From NCBI GenBank assembly GCA_964016885.1, contig OZ024741.1:355384001-355448000 (forward strand): a DNA stretch of 64,000 bases, in the 5' to 3' direction. This document shows, piece after piece, positions 1 through 10,800 of this stretch (its first letter is position 1; the number at the start of each line of letters is the position of its first letter). A program made the translations under genes and the position numbers. The notes beneath the pieces are model-generated. The model ran no database searches, was not told where the DNA came from, and saw only the letters and a program-made list of their open reading frames with translations. This DNA is from Eledone cirrhosa (lineage: Eukaryota).

Positions 1-52
1 CCTATTGTACAGTCGACCATGTTATTCTTCATTCTTTTACTATATATATATA

Positions 53-1445
53 TCATCATCATCAGCATCACCGTTTTATGTCCATTCTTCCATGCTAGCA
101 TGGGTTAGACGGGTTGTCCTGTTGTGGGCAATGTTAGGTCGGCTAACCTTGTCTTGCTCATACGGGAACTGATTTTGGCTTGATTTCTACAGCTGGATGC
201 CCTTCCTAACAGCAACCTCATTTACAGTGAGTGCTGTGTGCTTTTTTTCTGTGGCGCCAACACGTCCACTTTACAGTGTGATCTGGGCGCTTTTTTGTTG
301 TGGCATCACCACTACCCCCTTGCAGTGGGAGGGGATGAGGGCATATTGCTTATATGCTTCGGCTTCAGCTTGTTCCCGTGGGAAGTCGGGTCTTCTGTAT
401 TACTGCGTGATACCAGAGGTCACGGTCCTGTGACATTGCCATTCAGAGGTGCAATTGGACAAGGTCCGCTTTTATCACCTCATTCCAGGTCTTCTTGGGT
501 CTCCCCACTCCACAGCTTCCATAAACTCTTAGTGCTCTGCACCTTTTTATGCAGCTGTCATCCTTCATATGCATCACATGTCCATACCAATGCATCCTCC
601 TCTCCTGCACACAGCATCTGATTCCTCTTATGTTCAGTCTTTCTCTCATTCGTTTATGCTTTTCTGTTCGTGTATATTACTATTACACATCCATTGGAGC
701 ATGCAAGCTTAATTTCTTTCTAATCTATGCAAGTCTTTTACGCACAGCGCCCAGGCCTCCCTACCATGTAACATTGCTGTTCGTATGCATGCATCATACA
801 GTCTGCCTTTCATTTTGAGGGAAAAACCTTTTGCAGCTAACATTGGCAGTAGCTCCATGAACTTCTTCCATCCCGTTCTTACCCTGGTTACTGTACTTTC
901 AGAATACCTACCTCCGCTGCTAATTTGGTCCCCTAGGTAACAGAAGCTATCTACTGTTTCTACTGAGCCCTCCCAGAGTTTGATAGTGCTTGTTTCCTGT
1001 GGCTGTTTGCTGCTTACTGTCCCGGTGCAGCTGCTACATGTGAAGCCTACATTCCTAACTAAGCTTTCTGAGATCCCACTACATCTCTTGTGTACCCATA
1101 GTTTGCATTTGGAGGAGAGGATAGAATTCCTACCTACACCTTTCCTACATACTGAGCAAGGCCATTTCCCTGAGGGGATCTGGGTTCTGTTTTCTCGTCT
1201 ACTTATGAGCACCTTAGTCTTTGACAGGTTGACTTTGAGCCCCCTTCTTTCAAATCCCTGCTTCCATGTTTGGAATTTCTTCTTTAATTCCACCATAGAT
1301 TCAACTATAAGTGTAAGATCATCTGCATACAGGAGTTCCCATGGGCATCCGGTCTTAAACTCCTCTGTTATAACCTGCAATACTATAATAAACAGGAGAG
1401 GGCTAAGAACAGAGCCCTGGTGGACACCAACCTGTATGCTAAAGA
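53..1445 (-). mobile_element. 5'-truncated, frameshifted RTE-clade LINE copy (RT C-terminal part, PHD-like finger, 3'UTR, (GAT)n tail)
   Basis: ORFs 709..1461 ([17 protein letters not shown]) and 443..649 (WYGHVMHM) lie in different frames; the 3'UTR and CATCATCAT tail at about 53-70 match the intact copy at 4204-7624. Confidence 0.9.
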
Positions 1446-1446
1446 T

Positions 1447-1650
1447 TTTTTCCATTTCCACCCTGCCTGTCTCCTCAATCTTTCTATTTCTTCTTTAATT
1501 TCTCATTTTTTCTTCTGGTGAAGGACTAGAGTCTGAGACCTTAAAACTCATTTCCTACGATATCAAGCGTAAAACTAATAATATATTTCTTCATTGTACT
1601 GTGTTGTTTGCTTCGTTATTTCTGTTTGCCTTTTGCACACACACACACAT
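1447..1650 (+). repeat. ~190-bp dispersed repeat, copy 1 (Penelope-like terminal sequence)
   Basis: Near-identical to 2250-2425; contains TTCTGGTGAAGGACTAGAGTCTGAGAC; a related inverted copy lies at about 43350-43500. Confidence 0.55.
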
Positions 1651-1799
1651 ATATCCAAACATACACTCATATATATACACCAGCTAACAAATACATATCC
1701 TCAGAGAATTTGACATAATATGCTGAAAGATCCATCATCACCTTTTCAAAAAGTATATCATACACAAAACGCCAGCATCAACAGTTTTCCAAGAGATGG

Positions 1800-2201
1800 C
1801 AACATAAAACCATCTTGCCAACAACAACCCTGAGTACCTTTTTGATTTCCATGTGTCTAACACACGTGGACATGCCCACAAAGTCAGAAAACAGCACAGC
1901 TCCCAAGACTTTCGGAAACATCTTTTCACGCTCAGAGTTGCTGAAGCATGGAACGAACTACCTGCATCAGTTGTTAGCTGTCGAGACACTGCATCCTTTA
2001 AGGCCTCCATGCTTCCTGAGATCCGCCAACACTACAGCTAATGTTCCCCCTCCATACACATACACATATGTATACCATGACTCATACACTATTCACTTCC
2101 CTGACATTTGTGTATTATTCTATGTACTATACATACACCTTTGACGAGTTGTAGTGCACCTGAGCACTTTACACAATAATTTCATTATTATTATTATTAT
2201 T
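1800..2201 (+). mobile_element. CR1-clade LINE 3' fragment
   Basis: ORF 1853..2041 TRGHAHKVRKQHSSQDFRKHLFTLRVAEAWNELP is a typical CR1 ORF2 C-terminus; ends in (ATT)n; homologous to 48557-49186. Confidence 0.85.
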
Positions 2202-2249
2202 ATATGGACCTATTATTATATGGACCTGTTATTTTTTTCTAAAAAAATT

Positions 2250-2425
2250 TTTTCCATTTCTCCCCTGCTTTCTATTTCTTCTTTAATTTCTCATGTTTTC
2301 TTCTGATGAAGGACTAGAGTCCGAGACCTTAAGATTCTTTCCCTACTATATCAAGCGTAAAACTAATAATATATTTCTTCATTGTACTGTGTCGTTTGCC
2401 TTTTGCACACACACACACACACACA
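2250..2425 (+). repeat. ~180-bp dispersed repeat, copy 2 (Penelope-like terminal sequence with degenerate hammerhead core)
   Basis: Direct repeat of 1447-1650; CTGATGAAGGACTAGAGTCCGAGAC at about 2303-2327. Confidence 0.55.
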
Positions 2426-2606
2426 TATATTTATACGTATGTAAGTATGTATTATGTATTTAAGTATAGTTAATAAATGAAACAAAACATAACAAACAGG
2501 AATACAAAATTACACATTGATATTAGTATCTTGCTTTGAGGAAGTGGAGGAAGGCTCAACGTTTTGGACAGAAGTCCGAACAGGTGGAGAAGTAAACAAC
2601 AAAATA

Positions 2607-2659
2607 TCATGTCTCTCCCTTAATTATATTCCTAGCTATGTAGGTATGTTCTTTTACAC
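2607..2659 (-). CDS. Duplicated distal copy of the terminal exon of the DSL-domain gene: (C)VKEHTYIARNIIKGET*
   Basis: Acceptor tttgtcccag|GT in phase 1; 53 nt; differs from 17761..17813 by one codon (P to H); flanking intron and UTR sequence also duplicated. Confidence 0.5.
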
Positions 2660-2690
2660 CTGGGACAAATATATCTATGTATATATATCG

Positions 2691-2755
<65 letters not shown>

Positions 2756-2864
2756 CACATTTATATATAGAGAGAGTTAATAAACGAAACAAACAAAACA
2801 CAGGAGGCAATTATACACAGTATATGTATATATATGTATGTATTTATATGTATATAGATATATA

Positions 2865-3274
2865 TGGTGGCTGCTAACTCGTTTTCGAGTACGGCCACTA
2901 CTTTATATCCATGTAGGAGAACTCCTACCGATGCGCTGAACGAGTGTGACTTTTTAGTCCAGCCAGCGACTTGAAAACTCTTGAAAACACTACACTTGTG
3001 ACAATTATTGACACATAGTGCTGGGCCCATGGTACCATGTGACGACAAGTGCAGAGAGATCTCCAGATATAAAGCAATGCCTGTGCCATGAAGCTTTTAT
3101 AGTGAGCAAAGGCACTGCACAAAGCCAGTCCCACTCTCTTAACCAAGATGATATTTACCAAAAAGAAGAACAAGTCAACATCATTGGATACCATCAGGGT
3201 TGCAGGTGTTATATCAGAGTTTTCCTTCTCCTAGAATTCTGCCTTGACAAAGGCTAAGGGGTCATCTCTCCCGG
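2865..3274 (-). repeat. Inverted duplicate of 16618..17029
   Basis: Near-identical reverse complement; ORF 2925..3194(-) matches ORF 16698..16991(+) over about 70 aa. Confidence 0.9.
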
Positions 3275-4203
3275 ATATATATATATACATATATATATAT
3301 ATACATACATATATACATACATATACTGTGTATAATTGCCTCCTGTGTTTATATATATATATATATATAAATATACATACATACACACACACACACATAT
3401 ATTAAGTTCACACTTCAAGAAAGTGGAAGGAAAAGGGTTCAACATTTTGGACAGAAGTTCTTCATCAGAAAAGTTTAAACAAGTAGAGAGCTGGTAGGTG
3501 TATGAGTAGTGTGTGAAGGTAAGGAAAGGAAGTTAGGAAAAAGGGGTTGGGAGGAGAAAAATAGGTAAGGCGAGGTGGGTGAAAGATCTGGCTGGGGTTG
3601 CAGGGATGTTATGGGTGTGGTTGTGTGTGTGTGTGCCAAATGGAAGAAATTGGTAGATCTACATGGCTTCAGTCTGTGTGTGCGTGTGTGTGTGTGGGTG
3701 GGTGTGTGTGTGGGTGTGTGTGGGTGTGGGGGGGGAACACATGTGGGTCTTATGTAGCTGGTGTGTGCATACTGGTATGTGTGTGTGTATGTGTATGTCA
3801 GTGAGTTTTTAGTTTTTTTTTGTGTATGTGTGTGTGCTCACGTGGCGTGTATTTCTGTTTCTATGTATGTAAGTGCCTATGATTGTGCGTGTATTATCAT
3901 GTGTATGTTGAATGTGTGTGTGTGAGTGTGTCTACACGTGGGTGTGTGTAGATAGTTTTTTTTATTGCTTCTATGTGTGTGAGTGTGTGTGATCTTGTGA
4001 GTGTGTATAGTTTTACATATGTGTTTGCATGTGTGTGTTTATGCTTTGGTATGTCTGTGGGTGTGTGTTGGAGTATTCGTGTGTAATATGTGTATGTATT
4101 TGTGTATGTATGTGTGTATGTATGTATATATGTATATATATATGTATTTGAGTAAGTATGTGTGTGTGTATGTATGTATATATGTGCATATATGTATTTG
4201 TGT

Positions 4204-7200
4204 CATCATCATCATCATCATCACCGTTTTACGTCCGTTCTTCCACGCTAGCATGGGTTAGACGGGTTGTCCTGTTGTGGGCAGTGTCTGGTCGGCTGAC
4301 CATGCCTTGCTCATACAGGAACTGATCTGGCTTGATTTCTACAGCTGGATGCCCTTCCTAACACCAACCTCATTTACAGTGAGTGCTGGGTGCTTTTTCG
4401 TGGCGCCTACACGTCCACTTTACAGTGTGGGCTGGGTGCTTTTTTGCCGTGGCACCTCCACGACCACCTTGCGGTGGGGGGGGGGGGCATATTGTTTATA
4501 TGCTTCAGCATGTACCCATGGGAGGTCGGGTACCCTGTATTACTGCGTGACGCCAGAAGTCACGGTCGTGTGTCATTGACTTTGAGAGGTGTAGTTGGGT
4601 AAGGTCGGCTTTTATCACCTCATCCCAAGTCATCTTGGGTCTCCCCACTCCGCGGTTTCCATCAACTTCTAGTGCTCTGCACCTTTTTATGCAGCTGTCA
4701 TCCTTCATACGCATCACATGTCCATACCAGCGTAACCGCCTCTCCTGCACGCAGCATTTGATTCCTCTTATGCTCAGTCTCTCTCTCAATTCATTTATGC
4801 TTTGTCGTTCACGTATATTACTGTTACACATCCATCGGAGCATGCAGGCTTCGTTTCTCTCTAATCTACGTAGGTCTTCCACCTTCAGCGCCCAGGTCTC
4901 ACTACCATGCAACATCGCTGTTCGGATACACGCATCATACAGTCTGCCTTTCATTCTGAGGGAGAAGCCTTTTGCAGCTAGCAGTGGTAGTAGTTCCCTA
5001 AACTTCTTCCATCCCGTTCTTACCCTAGTTATTGTACTTTCTGAGCACCCACCTCCGTTGCTAATTCGGTCACCTAGGTAGCAGAAGCTGTCTACTGTTT
5101 CTACAGGGCCCTCCCAGAGATTGGTGGTACTTGTTTCCTGTGGCTGTTTGCTTGCTGTTTCAGCACAGCTGCTGCATGTGAATCCTACATTCTTAATTAA
5201 GCTTCCTGAGATCCCGCTACATCTCTTGTGTACCCATTGTTTGCATTTGGGGCAAAGAATGGAGTTCCTACCTACACCTTTCCTACATACTGAGCAAGGC
5301 CATTTCCCTGAGGGGATCTGGGTTCTGTTTTCTCGTCTACTTATAAGGACCTTAGTCTTTGTCATGTTGACTTTGAGGCCCTCTCTCTCTAGTCCCTGCT
5401 TCCAGGTTTGGAATTTATTCTCTAGTTCTACCATAGATTCAGCTATGAGTGCGAGGTCATCAGCATACAGGAGTTCCCATGGGCATCCGGTCTTAAACTC
5501 CTCCGTTATTGCCTGCAGGACTATGATGAACAGGAGAGGGCTAAGAACAGAGCCCTGGTGGACCCCAACCTGTACGCTAAATTCCTCGCTATACTCATTG
5601 CCAATCCTAACTTTGCTGACTGCTCCCCTATACATGGCTTGTACCGCTTTCACAAGCCATTCATCTACTCCTAGTTTTCTAAGAGCCCACCAGATTACTG
5701 CACGTGGAACTCTGTCAAAGGCTTTCTCAAGGTCGACAAATGCCAAGTAGAGTGGCTTACTTTTAGCTAGGTACTTTTCCTGTAATTGCCTCACAAGGAA
5801 GAGCGCATCAGTGGTGCCTTTCCCTGGAACAAACCCAAATTGCATCTCGTCTATATTCACCCGGTCCCTAATCAGCTGTGCTATAACTCTTTCTGTTACT
5901 TTCATGACCTGGTCCATCAACTTTATACCTCTATAGTTTCCTCTATCTAGTGCATCGCCTTTACCTTTGTAGCAGTTGACAATGATGCTACTGCACCAAT
6001 CTTTTGGTATGGCCCCCTCTAGTATTACCTGGTTAACGATACGTGTGGTTATAGTGTGACCTACAGACCCAGATGCCTTCAGCATCTCGGCAGCTATACC
6101 CGATGGACCGGTTGCCTTCCCTATCTTCATATCTCTGATTGCCTTACTTACTACGCTGCCGCTGACTTGTACTGCTGGTCCCTCTATAGGGTCTACGTGG
6201 GGTAGGGTCTCTTCTTCCCATGCATTCTCCTCATTTAGTAATCTATCATAATGACTCTTCCATGCATCTTTCTTCTCAGCACTTGTGAGGGCAAGCTCAC
6301 CTTTATCATTCCGGATACACTTCTCTCCAATGACATCACAACTATCTCTGACACACTGCCTCGCAATCTTGAATACCTCCTGTTTCTGGTCCTCACGTTG
6401 TAAAACATGCTTGAATTTTCTATCCTCTGCTTCCCTCCTAGCTAAGTATACTTGTCGCCTAGCTTCCCTCTTGGTCTCTATGTAATGTACCCTGCTCCCC
6501 CCGTTCTTCCATTCTTTCCATGCCTGTCTCTTGGCCTTGACTGCTTCATCTACCTTATTGTTCCACCACCAAGTCACTCTCCTCCTGCTTGAGGTCTTAC
6601 TCCAGCCACAAACCTCATCCGTCGCCTCTAGTAAGTTATTTTTTAGGAACTCCCAGTTCTCTTCTACGTTAAATGTCTCTATCTGTTCTTCTTTACTGTC
6701 GTAGGCGTTGAGTAAAATATCTTTAAATCTGTTACTGGTTGAGGGGACTTTCAGCTTCCAGATCTTTCTTCTCCAGGTTGGCCTCTGTTTCAGGGCTCGT
6801 CTAGTTCTGACCGTGAGGTCGCTGACAACTAAGCTATGTTGGGATGTACATTCCTCACTAGGGAAGGCTTTTGTGTTTACGACCGTCCATCTGTCACGTC
6901 CTCTGATGAGGATAAAATCTAACTGACTAGAGTGCTCCCCTGATCTATAGGTGATCAGGTGGTTGTCGGGTTTTTTAAAGTTTGTGTTACATATCGACAT
7001 GTCATTGGCGTCGCAGAATTCTAGAAGTCTGAATCCTTCCTCATTCCTTGTGCCAACTCCATGGCCTCCATGTACTCTATTGAAGCCGTCGCAGTGTTTA
7101 CCTACGTGTCCGTTAAAATCTCCTGCAATGATTAGGAAGTCCTTGTCGTCTGTTAGAGCAGTAGTGTGTATTAGGGACTCGTAAAACCTATCCTTAAGTT

Positions 7201-7868
7201 CGTCTGGCAGCCCCGATTGGGGTGCGTAAGCTGATATTATTGTGGTAATTGTCTTATTCAGGACTAGTCTGAGTTTAATGATTCTTGCATTTACCCTGTA
7301 CACTGAGATTACTTTATCTACCCACTTGTCAGCTAATAGTATACCTACACCACCCATCCCATCGTCATTTCCCACCCAGAAAAATTTGTAGCACTGGCTT
7401 TTTCCTACAAGGACTCTAGCAGACCCTCCTCTCCATCTAGTCTCTTGCACACAGCATACATCAACTTCCTTTCGCTCTAGCATTTCTACGATTTCTCCTG
7501 CTCTTCCTTTCATTGAGCCTACATTGATGGTACCAACTCGGAGTTTTGGGCATTTGTCGACACTCGTAGGGGAGGGTCTCTGGGTTGGCGCTTCACGTGG
7601 GTGCTTGGTAGCTCGCAGATTCATATTTCATCTATTGATTCAGAGTTGCTCGTGTATTCCCAGCTCATCCATCCCTAACGGTGGGAAAATTGAGGGCTAG
7701 AAGGACAGTGGTGGTGGGGTAATGGCAGGGTGTGTTGGGATGCGCCAGAGGAGGAGAGAGTTAGTTAGGCAGGTAGTAGCAGCAGCAGCAGTGGAAATGG
7801 CATGCTAGGTTTGATTGGTCGAATAGACTATGGTGGTGTGTGGGGGTGGGGGGGAGGGAAATTGTGAG
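4204..7868 (-). mobile_element. Full-length RTE-clade non-LTR retrotransposon (unique 5' leader, single ORF, ~300-nt 3'UTR, (GAT)n tail)
   Basis: Uninterrupted 1039-aa ORF; tail CATCATCATC at 4204-4223 on the + strand; near-identical 5'-truncated sister copy at 41011-42837. Confidence 0.95.
4505..7624 (-). CDS. RTE LINE polyprotein: APE endonuclease + reverse transcriptase with inserted C4HC3 PHD-type finger
   Basis: APE motifs (GTINVGS, VQETRW, SAYAPQ, GDFNGHVG, QLDFIL, SQHSLV); RT motifs ([45 protein letters not shown]); RTE-type C-terminus ([18 protein letters not shown]). Confidence 0.97.
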   Translation of the reverse strand: MNLRATKHPREAPTQRPSPTSVDKCPKLRVGTINVGSMKGRAGEIVEMLERKEVDVCCVQETRWRGGSARVLVGKSQCYKFFWVGNDDGMGGVGILLADKWVDKVISVYRVNARIIKLRLVLNKTITTIISAYAPQSGLPDELKDRFYESLIHTTALTDDKDFLIIAGDFNGHVGKHCDGFNRVHGGHGVGTRNEEGFRLLEFCDANDMSICNTNFKKPDNHLITYRSGEHSSQLDFILIRGRDRWTVVNTKAFPSEECTSQHSLVVSDLTVRTRRALKQRPTWRRKIWKLKVPSTSNRFKDILLNAYDSKEEQIETFNVEENWEFLKNNLLEATDEVCGWSKTSSRRRVTWWWNNKVDEAVKAKRQAWKEWKNGGSRVHYIETKREARRQVYLARREAEDRKFKHVLQREDQKQEVFKIARQCVRDSCDVIGEKCIRNDKGELALTSAEKKDAWKSHYDRLLNEENAWEEETLPHVDPIEGPAVQVSGSVVSKAIRDMKIGKATGPSGIAAEMLKASGSVGHTITTRIVNQVILEGAIPKDWCSSIIVNCYKGKGDALDRGNYRGIKLMDQVMKVTERVIAQLIRDRVNIDEMQFGFVPGKGTTDALFLVRQLQEKYLAKSKPLYLAFVDLEKAFDRVPRAVIWWALRKLGVDEWLVKAVQAMYRGAVSKVRIGNEYSEEFSVQVGVHQGSVLSPLLFIIVLQAITEEFKTGCPWELLYADDLALIAESMVELENKFQTWKQGLEREGLKVNMTKTKVLISRRENRTQIPSGKWPCSVCRKGVGRNSILCPKCKQWVHKRCSGISGSLIKNVGFTCSSCAETASKQPQETSTTNLWEGPVETVDSFCYLGDRISNGGGCSESTITRVRTGWKKFRELLPLLAAKGFSLRMKGRLYDACIRTAMLHGSETWALKVEDLRRLERNEACMLRWMCNSNIRERQSINELRERLSIRGIKCCVQERRLRWYGHVMRMKDDSCIKRCRALEVDGNRGVGRPKMTWDEVIKADLTQLHLSKSMTHDRDFWRHAVIQGTRPPMGTC

Positions 7869-10800
7869 GTAGGAACTGAGGGTCGCATGGTAAATATCCA
7901 AGTTAATACTACATCAGTAAAATTAACAATAATAACGTCATGAAAAAAGCTACTAAGAGAAACCCTCGAAAATTTATCGCTAATACAGCAGGGAAAATTT
8001 AACGCTAATACAGCAGGGAACATCATAATATTAACGACATGAAAAAGCTACTAAGAGAAACCCTCGAAAATTTATCGCTAATACAGCAGGGAAAATTTAA
8101 CGCTAATACAGCAGGGAACATCATAATATTAACGACAATATGTAGGCTAAAATACCATCGTAGATTAGGTGGATGGCTGGCTGGGAAAATTTGAATCAGC
8201 TCAGTGGTACATTTTAGCAGAGAAGAATGGCAAAGTGTCTTATCTCTTCAATATTTTCAGATTGAATGAATTAGGTTAAAGACAGGGTAGTAAGCCTTAA
8301 AGAAGTGCATAGAGGGGGGGGGGGTAGGAACTGAGGGTCGCATGGTAAATAACTGAGAGAGATACAATAGGATTAGAATACCGCATGGTAAATATCCAAG
8401 TTAATAAGTTAATACTACATCAGTAAAATTAACAATAATAACGTCATGAAAAAAGCTACTAAGAGAAACCCTCGAAAATTTATCGCTAATACAGCAGGGA
8501 AAATTTAACGCTAATACAGCAGGGAACATCATAATATTAACGACATGAAAAAGCTACTAAGAGAAACCCTCGAAAATTTATCGCTAATACAGCAGGGAAA
8601 ATTTAACGCTAATACAGCAGGGAACATCATAATATTAACGACAATATGTAGGCTAAAATACCATCGTAGATTAGGTGGATGGCTGGCTGGGAAAATTTGA
8701 ATCAGCTCAGTGGTACATTTTAGCAGAGAAGAATGGCAAAGTGTCTTATCTCTTCAATATTTTCAGATTGAATGAATTAGGTTAAAGACAGGGTAGTAAG
8801 CCTTAAAGAAGTGCATAGAGGGGGGGGGGTAGGAACTGAGGGTCGCATGGTAAATAACTGAGAGAGATACAATAGGATTAGAATACCGCATGGTAAATAT
8901 CCAAGTTAATAAGTTAATACTACATCAGTAAAATTAACAATAATAACGTCATGAAAAAAGCTACTAAGAGAAACCCTCGAAAATTTATCGCTAATACAGC
9001 AGGGAAAATTTAACGCTAATACAGCAGGGAACATCATAATATTAACGACATGAAAAAGCTACTAAGAGAAACCCTCGAAAATTTATTGCTAATACAGCAG
9101 GGAAAATTTAACGCTAATACAGCAGGGAACATCATAATATTAACGACAATATGTAGGCTAAAATACCATCGTAGATTAGGTGGATGGCTGGCTGGGAAAA
9201 TTTGAATCAGCTCAGTGGTACATTTTAGCAGAGAAGAATGGCAAAGTGTCTTATCTCTTCAATATTTTCAGATTGAATGAATTAGGTTAAAGACAGGGTA
9301 GTAAGCCTTAAAGAAGTGCATAGAGGGGGGGGGGGTAGGAACTGAGGGTCGCATGGTAAATAACTGAGAGAGATACAATAGGATTAGAATACCGCATGGT
9401 AAATATCCAAGTTAATAAGTTAATACTACATCAGTAAAATTAACAATAATAACGTCATGAAAAAAGCTACTAAGAGAAACCCTCGAAAATTTATCGCTAA
9501 TACAGCAGGGAAAATTTAACGCTAATACAGCAGGGAACATCATAATATTAACGACATGAAAAAGCTACTAAGAGAAACCCTCGAAAATTTATCGCTAATA
9601 CAGCAGGGAAAATTTAACGCTAATACAGCAGGGAACATCATAATATTAACGACAATATGTAGGCTAAAATACCATCGTAGATTAGGTGGATGGCTGGCTG
9701 GGAAAATTTGAATCAGCTCAGTGGTACATTTTAGCAGAGAAGAATGGCAAAGTGTCTTATCTCTTCAATATTTTCAGATTGAATGAATTAGGTTAAAGAC
9801 AGGGTAGTAAGCCTTAAAGAAGTGCATAGAGGGGGGGGGGTAGGAACTGAGGGTCGCATGGTAAATAACTGAGAGAGATACAATAGGATTAGAATACCGC
9901 ATGGTAAATATCCAAGTTAATAAGTTAATACTACATCAGTAAAATTAACAATAATAACGTCATGAAAAAAGCTACTAAGAGAAACCCTCGAAAATTTATC
10001 GCTAATACAGCAGGGAAAATTTAACGCTAATACAGCAGGGAACATCATAATATTAACGACATGAAAAAGCTACTAAGAGAAACCCTCGAAAATTTATCGC
10101 TAATACAGCAGGGAAAATTTAACGCTAATACAGCAGGGAACATCATAATATTAACGACAATATGTAGGCTAAAATACCATCGTAGATTAGGTGGATGGCT
10201 GGCTGGGAAAATTTGAATCAGCTCAGTGGTACATTTTAGCAGAGAAGAATGGCAAAGTGTCTTATCTCTTCAATATTTTCAGATTGAATGAATTAGGTTA
10301 AAGACAGGGTAGTAAGCCTTAAAGAAGTGCATAGAGGGGGGGGGGGGTAGGAACTGAGGGTCGCATGGTAAATAACTGAGAGAGATACAATAGGATTAGA
10401 ATACCGCATGGTAAATATCCAAGTTAATAAGTTAATACTACATCAGTAAAATTAACAATAATAACGTCATGAAAAAAGCTACTAAGAGAAACCCTCGAAA
10501 ATTTATCGCTAATACAGCAGGGAAAATTTAACGCTAATACAGCAGGGAACATCATAATATTAACGACATGAAAAAGCTACTAAGAGAAACCCTCGAAAAT
10601 TTATCGCTAATACAGCAGGGAAAATTTAACGCTAATACAGCAGGGAACATCATAATATTAACGACAATATGTAGGCTAAAATACCATCGTAGATTAGGTG
10701 GATGGCTGGCTGGGAAAATTTGAATCAGCTCAGTGGTACATTTTAGCAGAGAAGAATGGCAAAGTGTCTTATCTCTTCAATATTTTCAGATTGAATGAAT

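Noticed and set aside
4635-7184. Plus-strand ORFs of 66-209 aa overlapping the RTE (also 41447-42562, 61879-62886)
   Set aside because: Antisense shadows of the LINE ORF with no recognisable domains.
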